Origin: Chloroflexota bacterium
GTDB taxonomy: Bacteria > Chloroflexota > Dehalococcoidia > JACPPY01
NCBI GenBank assembly: GCA_016190755.1
Contig: JACPPY010000076.1
Span: forward strand, 1 to 58,993
Direction: 5' to 3'
DNA: 58,993 bases
The notes beneath the pieces are model-generated. The model was given only the letters and a program-made list of their open reading frames with translations, made no database searches and had not been told where the DNA came from. Of the stretch, positions 47,926 through 56,444 are shown one piece after another. Position 1 is the stretch's first letter, and the number at the start of each line of letters is the position of its first letter. Both the position numbers and the translations under genes were made by a program.

Positions 47926-50067
47926 ATGCCAGGTATTTTCTGGGTAGTGCCAATTGCGGGCGCGATCGCCGTGGTATTCGCGCTTTCTCTGGCACGGTGG
48001 GTCTTGAAGCAGTCGGCGGGTACCCCGAAGATGCAAGAAATCGGCGGCATCATCTTCGAAGGGGCTTGGGCCTTCATGAAACGCCAATACCGCACCATCG
48101 CCATGATCTCGATACTGGTCGCGATCATTATCGGTGTACTGGTCGGTGCATTGAGCGGAAGCAAAGAACTGGACACCCTGGGCGTGAGCGCCCTGGGAAT
48201 TGGATGGCGGACAGCGGTGGCCTTCCTCGTCGGCGCATTCTGCTCAGCCGTGTCCGGTTTCATCGGCATGTACATCGCCGTCAAGTCGAACCTTCGCTGC
48301 GCGGCAGCTTCACAGCGTGGACTGAACGCAGCAATACAGGTCGCCCTGCGCGGCGGCGCCGTATCAGGGTTCCTCATCGTTGCGCTTAGCCTCATCGGAG
48401 TGACTGCAATCTTCTTTGCCTTCGGTGGCTATAACAATCCCGATATAGCACCGAACCTAATCGTAGGTTTCGGCTTCGGCGCCTCTTTCGTGGCGCTGTT
48501 CGCCCAACTCGGAGGCGGTATCTATACTAAGGCTGCCGATATGGGCGCCGACCTTGTGGGCAAGGTTGAGGCCGGTATACCGGAGGACGACCCGCGCAAC
48601 GCCGCGGTCATCGCCGACCTGGTTGGGGATAACGTAGGTGACTGCGCCGGCCGTGGTGCTGACCTGTTCGAGTCTACAGCAGCCGAGAATATCGGCGCCA
48701 TGATACTTGGTGTGGCGGTGTATGCCATAACCAGAGACGTAGCCTGGATACTCTTCCCGCTGGTGGTCCGCTCCTTCGGGCTTATTGCCTCCATGATTGG
48801 CATCCTCGCGGTGCGTGGTCGAGAAGGCGAGAACCCTATGAGCGCACTGAACCGCGGCTACTATATAGCCGTCGTGCTGAGCGTGGTCGGCATGTACATT
48901 ACCACCAGGTTCATGCTGGGCGGTAACAACTGGCTGTTCGCCGCCGGCCTTGTAGGCATAATCGCCAGCGTTGTGGTTGTATACATTACGCAATACTACA
49001 CCGAGGGACGTTATGGCCCCGTCAAGGGAATCGCCAACGCATCGAAGACCGGCCCGGCGACCAACATCGTCATCGGTATGTCTGTCGGCTTCGAGACGAC
49101 TCTATCCTTCGCTCTCGTTATCGGCGTCTCTCTATTGCTGTCCCACTGGCTCGGCACACAGAGCGGCGTAGCCGGGGCTGGAGCCTTCGGCACCGCCGTG
49201 GCTACCATGGGTATGCTGATGACTGCCTCATACATACTCGCCGAGGATACCTTCGGGCCGATAACCGACAATGCCAACGGCGTGAACGAAATGGCTGGCT
49301 CGGGTTCAGAGATACGGCGCATTACAGACCGGCTGGATGCGGTCGGCAATACCACCAAGGCCTTGACCAAGGGTTACGCCATGGTGTCTGCTGGCCTGGC
49401 CGCATTTTTGCTCTTCCAGGCTTACCTGGACAGGGTGGCCCTCTTGCGCGGGTTGGACAAGTACGATGTTGTTAACCTCGCCCGCGTCGAGGTGTTTATC
49501 GGAGCTCTTCTGGCGACAATGCTCGTGTACTTCTTCAGCGCCTACGCCATCAAGGCCGTCGGCAAGACGGCGGGCAAGATAATCGAAGAGGTCCGCCGTC
49601 AGTTCAAAGCCGACCCGGGCATCATGGCCGGCACATCCAAGCCGGACTACGCTCGCGCCGTGGACATCACAGCCAGGGCGGGCCTTCGTGAGATGGTGGT
49701 GCCCGGCCTCATGCCTGTGCTTAGTCCGGTGCTGGTCGGCGTCATATTCAAATACCTCAATCCAGACTACGACGCGGCGATGGTGGTAGCCGCATTTCTC
49801 ATGGTGGGTACTATCGCCGGCATTATGCTCGCCGCCTTTATGAACAATGGAGGTGGCGCCTGGGACAACGCCAAGAAGACAATCGAGGACGGCCAACTTA
49901 AGGACGACAACGGGAATCCCATTGGCAAAGGTACCCAGACCCATGCCGCCGCCGTTGTCGGCGACACGGTTGGCGACCCGCTCAAGGATACCGCCGGCCC
50001 GTCACTGCACGTGCTGGTCAAGCTCTTGGCTACCATAACACTGGTGATGCTACCCTTGTTCAAATAG
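47926..50067 (+). CDS. hppA: Membrane-bound ion-translocating pyrophosphatase, K+-independent type
   Basis: GGGIYTKAADMGADLVGKVE, EDDPRN, GDNVGD, GNTTKA, GGAWDNAKK and GDTVGDPLKD; AAGGAGG RBS. Confidence 0.97.
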   Translation: MPGIFWVVPIAGAIAVVFALSLARWVLKQSAGTPKMQEIGGIIFEGAWAFMKRQYRTIAMISILVAIIIGVLVGALSGSKELDTLGVSALGIGWRTAVAFLVGAFCSAVSGFIGMYIAVKSNLRCAAASQRGLNAAIQVALRGGAVSGFLIVALSLIGVTAIFFAFGGYNNPDIAPNLIVGFGFGASFVALFAQLGGGIYTKAADMGADLVGKVEAGIPEDDPRNAAVIADLVGDNVGDCAGRGADLFESTAAENIGAMILGVAVYAITRDVAWILFPLVVRSFGLIASMIGILAVRGREGENPMSALNRGYYIAVVLSVVGMYITTRFMLGGNNWLFAAGLVGIIASVVVVYITQYYTEGRYGPVKGIANASKTGPATNIVIGMSVGFETTLSFALVIGVSLLLSHWLGTQSGVAGAGAFGTAVATMGMLMTASYILAEDTFGPITDNANGVNEMAGSGSEIRRITDRLDAVGNTTKALTKGYAMVSAGLAAFLLFQAYLDRVALLRGLDKYDVVNLARVEVFIGALLATMLVYFFSAYAIKAVGKTAGKIIEEVRRQFKADPGIMAGTSKPDYARAVDITARAGLREMVVPGLMPVLSPVLVGVIFKYLNPDYDAAMVVAAFLMVGTIAGIMLAAFMNNGGGAWDNAKKTIEDGQLKDDNGNPIGKGTQTHAAAVVGDTVGDPLKDTAGPSLHVLVKLLATITLVMLPLFK

Positions 50068-50092
50068 ACCGTCGAACAATATAGAACGACTA

Positions 50093-50126
50093 CGGGCGAG
50101 ACTCAAAAGGTCTCGCCCGCGTTTTT
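50093..50126 (+). terminator. Intrinsic terminator of hppA
   Basis: CGGGCGAGAC-N7-GTCTCGCCCG followed by CGTTTTT. Confidence 0.85.
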
Positions 50127-50173
50127 CTGTGAGGCAAACAAAGGGGTCAGTCTGGTATGCCTGACAGCCACGT

Positions 50174-50962
50174 TCACGACGGTTGGTTCTGCGTGGTTGG
50201 TGAAGGTGGGTCGGAAAGAAGTTGGACAGACGGCGCCAGAAGGCGTTCCAGGGATTGCGAATCCAGTTGATTGAGTACCGCTTTGGCCCTTTTCTTGGCT
50301 GGCTCAAGCTCAGCAGGAAGGTCACGACAGTCTGCCAGGAACTTTCTGATATCCTTCGCCATGGCACGTCCCTTGTCCTCGGCATCGCATGCATCCACCG
50401 CCTTAAACCCCTGAAGTTTTCGCGGCCCCTGGCCGCAGCCCCGGCAAGACTCCCATATCATGAAGCTCGCACCACAGCCGGCGTTGAAAATCAGAAAACC
50501 CGGCGGTGTGGCAACAGGCGGCACACCATGAGACAGACACATCGCCGTTTCTTCATGTCCCAGGCCGTTGCAATCAACAGTAATGTGGCCCCCCGGAGGT
50601 ACCAGGCCACATAGCATTTCCAGCGCCTTCCAGGGCAGGCCGGGCGTGTACACATGGCGTACTTTGGGCTCAACCCCAAAGCAGAACCGGGACCTGAGGA
50701 CGCTGATATCGATCCAGTTGTAGCCCCGGTGCTCTCCCTGGCTGTGCAACGCAACAACTACCGGCTCACAGCTTACACGTGAGATGGCATCCAGCAGGAA
50801 GATCTCGAAATGCACGGCGCCGCTGCGGTCTTCCGGCCCCTGCAACACGAGCATCTCATAGCTGAAGCGCAGAGGCTTACGATGAAGGCCAGCTAACGGG
50901 TGCTTGCGGTCGGGTGGAGTCCAGCCTTTTTCCAATAGAGCGAGGTGATGGTTATTAGACAT
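50174..50962 (-). CDS. DUF1122-like protein
   Basis: YNWID, LVPPGGHI.V, ET...L..GVPPVATP.G and GPRKLQGFK resemble the DUF1122 family. Confidence 0.65.
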   Translation of the reverse strand: MSNNHHLALLEKGWTPPDRKHPLAGLHRKPLRFSYEMLVLQGPEDRSGAVHFEIFLLDAISRVSCEPVVVALHSQGEHRGYNWIDISVLRSRFCFGVEPKVRHVYTPGLPWKALEMLCGLVPPGGHITVDCNGLGHEETAMCLSHGVPPVATPPGFLIFNAGCGASFMIWESCRGCGQGPRKLQGFKAVDACDAEDKGRAMAKDIRKFLADCRDLPAELEPAKKRAKAVLNQLDSQSLERLLAPSVQLLSDPPSPTTQNQPS

Positions 50963-51022
50963 CTCGAAGCCCTGTTGTCGTCAGGGGCTCAATCATAGCA
51001 TGAAAGGTACAAAAATAAAATC

Positions 51023-51157
51023 GGTGCACCATCACCCCTGTGTCCCACACCGCTTCCTCGAGGAAGCGGGGGGAGGAATTCTGTTCTGAAGGGGGCTGGC
51101 CTCCTTCGTACACGCTCCTGCTGGCGGGATCTGGAACAATGGGGTCTATGGTGCACC
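51023..51157. repeat. 135-bp palindromic REP/MITE-like element
   Basis: Terminal IR GGTGCACCAT..ACCCC / GGGGT..ATGGTGCACC; internal perfect 20-bp palindrome CCGCTTCCTCGAGGAAGCGG plus two more hairpins. Confidence 0.6.
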
Positions 51158-51211
51158 TGAGAAACAGGCCCTGATATCATGAGTTAGTAGGTTGCTCGGC
51201 GGAGGAGAGTC

Positions 51212-51892
51212 ATGGCTGCATTGATACTTGTTCTCGCCGTTGCCTTAGCACCGGGGTTGTTCTGGCTCTATATAGTGTATCGCAGAGACAAGTTCCATCC
51301 CGAGCCACGGGCGTTGGTAGCCGGGACATTCTTTCTGGGAATGGTTGTAGCCGTGCCTGTGGCCGCAGTTGAAGCTTTGCTTGAACCACACCCGGTCGGC
51401 ACCTCCGAACCGCTGAACCTTGAGACTGCGGCGTATGTCGCCTTCGTCGTCGCCGGCATCACTGAGGAGATCGGCAAGTTCGTGGTCGTAAGAGGAACGG
51501 TATATAGCTCCAGATATTTCGACGAGCCCATTGACGGGATCGTATACTCGTCCGCAGCAGCACTGGGTTTTGCCTCTCTGGAGAATGTCCTGTACGTATT
51601 GCGGTTTGGCATCGAGATAATGTTAATCAGAGGCCCTGTATCTTCCCTGGGCCATGCCGTGTTCTCCGCCTTCTGGGGCTATCCTCTCGCCTTGAGGAAA
51701 GTGCACAAACAGAGGACATCTTTCGGCACCATAGCGGGACTTCTTGCCGCCATCGTGGTACACGGACTGTTCGACTTCACCCTATTCGCTGGCGGGGATG
51801 TATCCCTGGCCTTCATACCCCTTTTCATCGCGGGCGCAGTCATCTTCTTTGCCATGATCGGCCACGCGCTCAAGGTCTCTCACTACGGATAG
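51212..51892 (+). CDS. prsW: PrsW-family intramembrane protease
   Basis: RDKFHPEP, TEEIGK, FDEPIDG, GFASLEN, GHAVF and VHGLFD; GGAGGAG RBS. Confidence 0.92.
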   Translation: MAALILVLAVALAPGLFWLYIVYRRDKFHPEPRALVAGTFFLGMVVAVPVAAVEALLEPHPVGTSEPLNLETAAYVAFVVAGITEEIGKFVVVRGTVYSSRYFDEPIDGIVYSSAAALGFASLENVLYVLRFGIEIMLIRGPVSSLGHAVFSAFWGYPLALRKVHKQRTSFGTIAGLLAAIVVHGLFDFTLFAGGDVSLAFIPLFIAGAVIFFAMIGHALKVSHYG

Positions 51893-52045
51893 CATGGAAG
51901 ACAGACAGCGATCTGAAGACGGAGATGGCCAACGAGGTCCAGTACACTCAGCCATAACCTCATGCCAGCAATCCGGCGGGACGTAAGGGAAAAGAAGGCG
52001 GCCAGCATTGACGCCATCGTTATGGGGTGAGAGGCCTACCTAACC

Positions 52046-52075
52046 CCTGACCTTTTGTCCTCTTTTTCGTTGTTA
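52046..52075 (+). promoter_or_regulatory. Possible ECF-sigma-type promoter of the thioester protein gene
   Basis: CCTGAC-N16 (T-rich)-CGTTGTTA; the -10 nearly matches the serpin's CGTTGTAA. Confidence 0.4.
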
Positions 52076-52124
52076 TTAGCAAAATTCTTCACCGGCGCAG
52101 CGATGTCGGACAGAAAGGAATACG

Positions 52125-55100
52125 ATGAGACGGCATTCTCTTATGTTAATCAGTACCATTCTCCTGGCGGCATTGCTCGCGCCGCTTATATCCGCCTGCA
52201 TACAGAAGGTCGAGGGCTCCGTGGACGGATACACGGCAGTGCTTCCAGCGGTGATCCAGTCGGGGAGCACTCAGAATATCTCCCTCTCGTTGTTCCGGGG
52301 CGACCAACTGGCGTCAGACACCGTCGAGTTGGCCTTGCTCAAGGGGCAAGATAAGGTTGCCGACTCGACGGCCCGCGTTGACGGCAAGGGGACTGTGAGG
52401 CTTGACGTACCGCCCCTGGAGGACGGCGAATACACAGTAAGGCTGAAGGGCAGCGGTTTCCAGGATGAGGCTAAGGTAAAGGTGGACAACTCCTACCTGG
52501 TATTCCTGGAGACGGACAAGCCCATTTATAAACCCGGCCAGACCGTGCATATGCGCGTCATCTCACTAAGTCCGGAACTCAAGCCGGTAAGCGAGAAGAT
52601 AAGCGTAGAGGTGATGGATGCCAAGGGAACGAAGGTCTTCCGCAAGGCGATTGATACGGACGACTACGGCACGGTTACGCTTGACCTGCCCGTGTCTGCT
52701 GAGCCTAACCTGGGAGTTTGGAAGATAGCTGCAGCCGGAGCGAAAGCGAAGACACAGCTGGACGTGCGTATAGAAGAGTACGTGCTGCCCAAGTACGAGG
52801 TGAAGGTCGACCTGCCCAAGGAATGGTTTCTGGTCAATGAGCCTATAACCGGCAAGATAAGCGCGGAGTATTCCTTCGGCAAGCAAGTGAACGGCGATCT
52901 GGAGATAAAGGCCTCGCGCTACGTCGGCCAGTGGCAGGACTACGCTACGTATACGGTGCCTATTGACGGCCAGTCAGAGTTCACCATTCCAGCCGCAGGC
53001 TACGTGGCTGCCGTGCCCGCCGCTGGAGGCCAGGGGAACATCATGCTGAATGTTTCTGTAATTGAGGAGGCGACGGGTTACAACGAAAAGACCAGCCGTA
53101 TGCTTACCGTAGCCCAATCTCCGACGAACTTGCAGGTAATCCCCTCAGGCTCCATGTTCAAGCCAGGCATACCTTTCTCTTTCTTGCTGGTGACGAAGAC
53201 GCCGGATGGTAGGCTGGTGGAAGCTAAAGCCAAGGTCCGCATATCTTACGTTTCCAAAGAGTTTAAAGAGATAGGGAGCGAAGATAAGACTACGGACACG
53301 ATCAAGGGGAAGGCGCTGCTCCAGGTGACACCCCCCGTCAATGCTGTAGCGATGTCGATAGAGGCATCGACCCCGGATGCACGCGCCTCAAAGACCGTTC
53401 AGGCAGGGTATTCTCCTTCCGGCAACTTCATACATGTGGAGCAGACAAGCGAAGGCACGGCCGCCTTGGGCCAGACAATAGCCTTCAAGGTGTACTCCAC
53501 GAAAGAAGCCTCTAACTTCTACTACGAGGTCATCTCTCGCGGCAAGGTTGTCTTCAGTGATTTCACTCGTGGTGACAGCATATCATTCAAAACGACACCA
53601 GCAATGGCGCCGACGTCCAAGCTGCTCGTGTACCAGATACTGCCTAATGCCGAGGTGGCGGCGGACTACATACCATTCAAGGTTGATGCACAGTACCCTC
53701 AAGCAGTAAAGGTTGACTTCAGCAAGCCAGAAGCCAGGCCCGGTGAGGACGTGACCATAAGCGTACAGACGGACGGCCAGGCAAAGGTCGGCCTGGCGGC
53801 TGTGGACAAATCGGTATTCATTCTGGCCGAGAACCGGCTTAACCTGCAGCAGGTGTTCGACGAGCTTGAGAAACTGTACATGAAGCCGCAGGTTGAGATA
53901 CACGAGGTCTCGCCACTCTACAGAGAGTCAGTGGCCATCAAGGGCTCCCGGGATGTGTTCAAGGATGCCGGCGCGGTCGTCATAAGCAACAAAAGCATAC
54001 CCGAGGGCGCAGAATACAAGAACAAAAACATGCCACGGCCCATGCCACTGGGCGGCGTGTGGAAAATGGCGGATCAGGCAGCCAGCGGTGCGCGCGGCGC
54101 AGTGCCTCCAGTTCCCGCGGCGGCCCCTGTCCCTGAGGCTTCCCACTCAGGGTTGGCCGAGGTAAAACGCGTACGGCAGTTCTTCCCCGAGACCTGGATA
54201 TGGCAAGAACTTACTACCGACGCCAGTGGCAAGGGAGCATTCAAGGTGAAAGTGCCTGACAGCATAACTACCTGGATGCTCCGTGCCGTTGCCCTGTCCA
54301 AGAGCAAAGGCCTGGGAATCGCGGAAAGCCAACTGAGGTCCTTCCAGCCCTTCTTCCTCAGCGTGGACCTGCCCTACTCAGCGATACGCGGCGAGGAGTT
54401 TCCTGCCAAGATCGCCATATACAACTACCTGGATACCTCGCAGAGTGTCACAGTCAAGCTGGATACGTCGCCCTGGTTTGACCTGCTGGATAAACCGGAG
54501 AAGACCGTGGACATCAAGGCCAACGATATCGGCGGCGTGCAATTCATGATAAGGCCGAAGAAATTGGGTGTGAACGACCTCAAAGTCACAGCTCAAAGTA
54601 AGCAAGACGCCGATGCCGTGATAAAGACTCTCATGGTCGAGTCTGAGGGCACGCCCAGAGAACTGGTCGACAACCTGATACTATCCGGTGGAGGCTCGAA
54701 GGCTGTTGATACGTCGGTCCCGCCCCAGGCGATAGACGACTCGGCGCGGGCTTACCTGACTTTGACCTCCTCGTACCTGGCGCAGACTATAGACGGGCTG
54801 GAAGGGTTGCTGCAAATGCCTTTCGGCTGCGGCGAGCAAAACATGATAGTCTTCGCCCCGGATGTCTTCATAACGAAGTACCTCAAGCAGTCTGGGCAGT
54901 TAAAGCCAGAGGTCATGGCCAAGGCGGAGAAACTGATGCTCACTGGCTATCAGAGAGAGCTAACCTACCGACGCAGCGACGGCTCGTTCTCGGCCTTCGG
55001 ACAACAGGATAAGGAAGGAAGCCTGTGGCTCACATCCTTCGTTCTTAAGAGTTTCGCCCAGGCCAGTGACCTGATCTTCATCGACGACAACGTGCTGGCG

Positions 55101-56294
55101 CAGGCACAGTCATGGATAAAGGCCCACCAGAACGCCGATGGCTCCTTCGATGCAGTTGGATTTGTCATACACAAGGAGATGATGGGCGGACTGCAGGGGA
55201 AGACAGCCATGAGTTCGTACGTGGCGATCGCCCTCATGCAGGCTGGAGAGAAGGTTTCTTCTGCCCGGGCTGTTTCCTACCTGGAGGGCAAACTGAGCGA
55301 TATCACCGACTCATACACCGCAGCTCTCGCGGCGTACGCGCTGGAGTTAGGTAATAGCCCGAAGGCCGCCGACGCTTATAACAAGCTGATGAAGATGGCC
55401 AAGGACGATGAGAACGGCCTGCATTGGGGTGGGGTGCAACCTGGTGAGCCAGGACCTATGCCGATGCCAAAGTTAGTACCCGGGATGCCAGGTGGGTACA
55501 TGCCGGCGCCCAGGACGTCGGACATAGAGGCGACTGGGTACGCCACACTGGCACTAGTTAAGCACGGAGACGCAGCCAACGCTGGCAAGGCCGCCCGATG
55601 GTTGGTCTCCAAAAGAAACGCGTACGGTGGCTTTGGCTCGACCCAGGATACTGTCGTTGGATTGGAGGCGCTTACCTCATACGCCACCGGCGTCAGAGCA
55701 GATGTCGACCTGATAGTCACGGTCGAAGCCGGCGGCAAGACCCAGGAGGTGAGGGTCCGATCTGACAATTTCGATGTCCTGCAGATAGTCGAGTTACCGG
55801 TCAACAGCCAGGTAAACATCAAAGTAGCTGGCAAGGGCGACGCGGTAGCCCAGGTGGTACGGCGCTTCAACCTGCCGGAGACGAAGAAGGCGGAAGAAGC
55901 CATGAAGGTGGATGTCAGCTACGATGTCACACGAGTGGCGGTGAACGATCTGGTGAAGGTTTCGGTGAAAGTAGCATTTAATCCGCCGTTCCCGGTAGAG
56001 GCTGGCATGACGGTCGTGGACATCTCGGTGCCCACCGGGTTCGCTCCGGTCAGCGATTCCATCGCGGCTGCCGTCAAAGCCCAGAAGAAACTACAGCGGT
56101 TCGACATCTCCGGCCGCAAGGTCATCTTATATATTGAGAACATGATGCCCGGCGACACGCTGGCATTCAGCTTCGATGTGAAGGCCATGTACCCGGTCAA
56201 GGCCAAGGGCACCTCGTCCAAGGCATACTCCTACTACAGGCTCGAACTGTCTGGTGAGACGATGGGACAGGACATGGTTGTAGTGGATAGATAG
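52125..56294 (+). CDS. Lipoprotein thioester-containing protein (alpha-2-macroglobulin/TEP/CD109 family)
   Basis: Lipobox ISAC; ETDKPIYKPGQ, EYVLPKYEV, AAVDKSV, FPETWIW, PDSITTW, GCGEQ thioester, DGSFSAFG, WLTSFV, GGFGSTQDT and a C-terminal receptor-binding-like domain. Confidence 0.95.
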   Translation: MRRHSLMLISTILLAALLAPLISACIQKVEGSVDGYTAVLPAVIQSGSTQNISLSLFRGDQLASDTVELALLKGQDKVADSTARVDGKGTVRLDVPPLEDGEYTVRLKGSGFQDEAKVKVDNSYLVFLETDKPIYKPGQTVHMRVISLSPELKPVSEKISVEVMDAKGTKVFRKAIDTDDYGTVTLDLPVSAEPNLGVWKIAAAGAKAKTQLDVRIEEYVLPKYEVKVDLPKEWFLVNEPITGKISAEYSFGKQVNGDLEIKASRYVGQWQDYATYTVPIDGQSEFTIPAAGYVAAVPAAGGQGNIMLNVSVIEEATGYNEKTSRMLTVAQSPTNLQVIPSGSMFKPGIPFSFLLVTKTPDGRLVEAKAKVRISYVSKEFKEIGSEDKTTDTIKGKALLQVTPPVNAVAMSIEASTPDARASKTVQAGYSPSGNFIHVEQTSEGTAALGQTIAFKVYSTKEASNFYYEVISRGKVVFSDFTRGDSISFKTTPAMAPTSKLLVYQILPNAEVAADYIPFKVDAQYPQAVKVDFSKPEARPGEDVTISVQTDGQAKVGLAAVDKSVFILAENRLNLQQVFDELEKLYMKPQVEIHEVSPLYRESVAIKGSRDVFKDAGAVVISNKSIPEGAEYKNKNMPRPMPLGGVWKMADQAASGARGAVPPVPAAAPVPEASHSGLAEVKRVRQFFPETWIWQELTTDASGKGAFKVKVPDSITTWMLRAVALSKSKGLGIAESQLRSFQPFFLSVDLPYSAIRGEEFPAKIAIYNYLDTSQSVTVKLDTSPWFDLLDKPEKTVDIKANDIGGVQFMIRPKKLGVNDLKVTAQSKQDADAVIKTLMVESEGTPRELVDNLILSGGGSKAVDTSVPPQAIDDSARAYLTLTSSYLAQTIDGLEGLLQMPFGCGEQNMIVFAPDVFITKYLKQSGQLKPEVMAKAEKLMLTGYQRELTYRRSDGSFSAFGQQDKEGSLWLTSFVLKSFAQASDLIFIDDNVLAQAQSWIKAHQNADGSFDAVGFVIHKEMMGGLQGKTAMSSYVAIALMQAGEKVSSARAVSYLEGKLSDITDSYTAALAAYALELGNSPKAADAYNKLMKMAKDDENGLHWGGVQPGEPGPMPMPKLVPGMPGGYMPAPRTSDIEATGYATLALVKHGDAANAGKAARWLVSKRNAYGGFGSTQDTVVGLEALTSYATGVRADVDLIVTVEAGGKTQEVRVRSDNFDVLQIVELPVNSQVNIKVAGKGDAVAQVVRRFNLPETKKAEEAMKVDVSYDVTRVAVNDLVKVSVKVAFNPPFPVEAGMTVVDISVPTGFAPVSDSIAAAVKAQKKLQRFDISGRKVILYIENMMPGDTLAFSFDVKAMYPVKAKGTSSKAYSYYRLELSGETMGQDMVVVDR

Positions 56295-56299
56295 CACGT

Positions 56300-56361
56300 T
56301 GCAACATGACGCACCCCGAACCTCCGGTCTGCTCCGGCATGGCTCGGGGTGTGTCATTGCA
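56300..56361 (+). terminator. Long stem-loop after the thioester protein gene
   Basis: ATGACGCACCCCGA/TCGGGGTGTGTCAT 14-bp stem with one G-U pair, and inner CCGG/CCGG. Confidence 0.55.
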
Positions 56362-56377
56362 GGGCCTCCGCCAGCCC

Positions 56378-56406
56378 TTGACACAAGAATGCCGCCGGAC
56401 TAGACT
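56378..56406 (+). promoter_or_regulatory. Sigma70 promoter of lexA
   Basis: TTGACA-N17-TAGACT. Confidence 0.85.
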
Positions 56407-56411
56407 TTGCG

Positions 56412-56427
56412 TAGAACATTAGTTCTA
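56412..56427 (+). promoter_or_regulatory. LexA operator (SOS box, GAAC-N4-GTTC type)
   Basis: Palindrome TAGAAC-ATTA-GTTCTA over the predicted +1 of lexA. Confidence 0.9.
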
Positions 56428-56444
56428 TGGAGGTCAAGCAGCGG

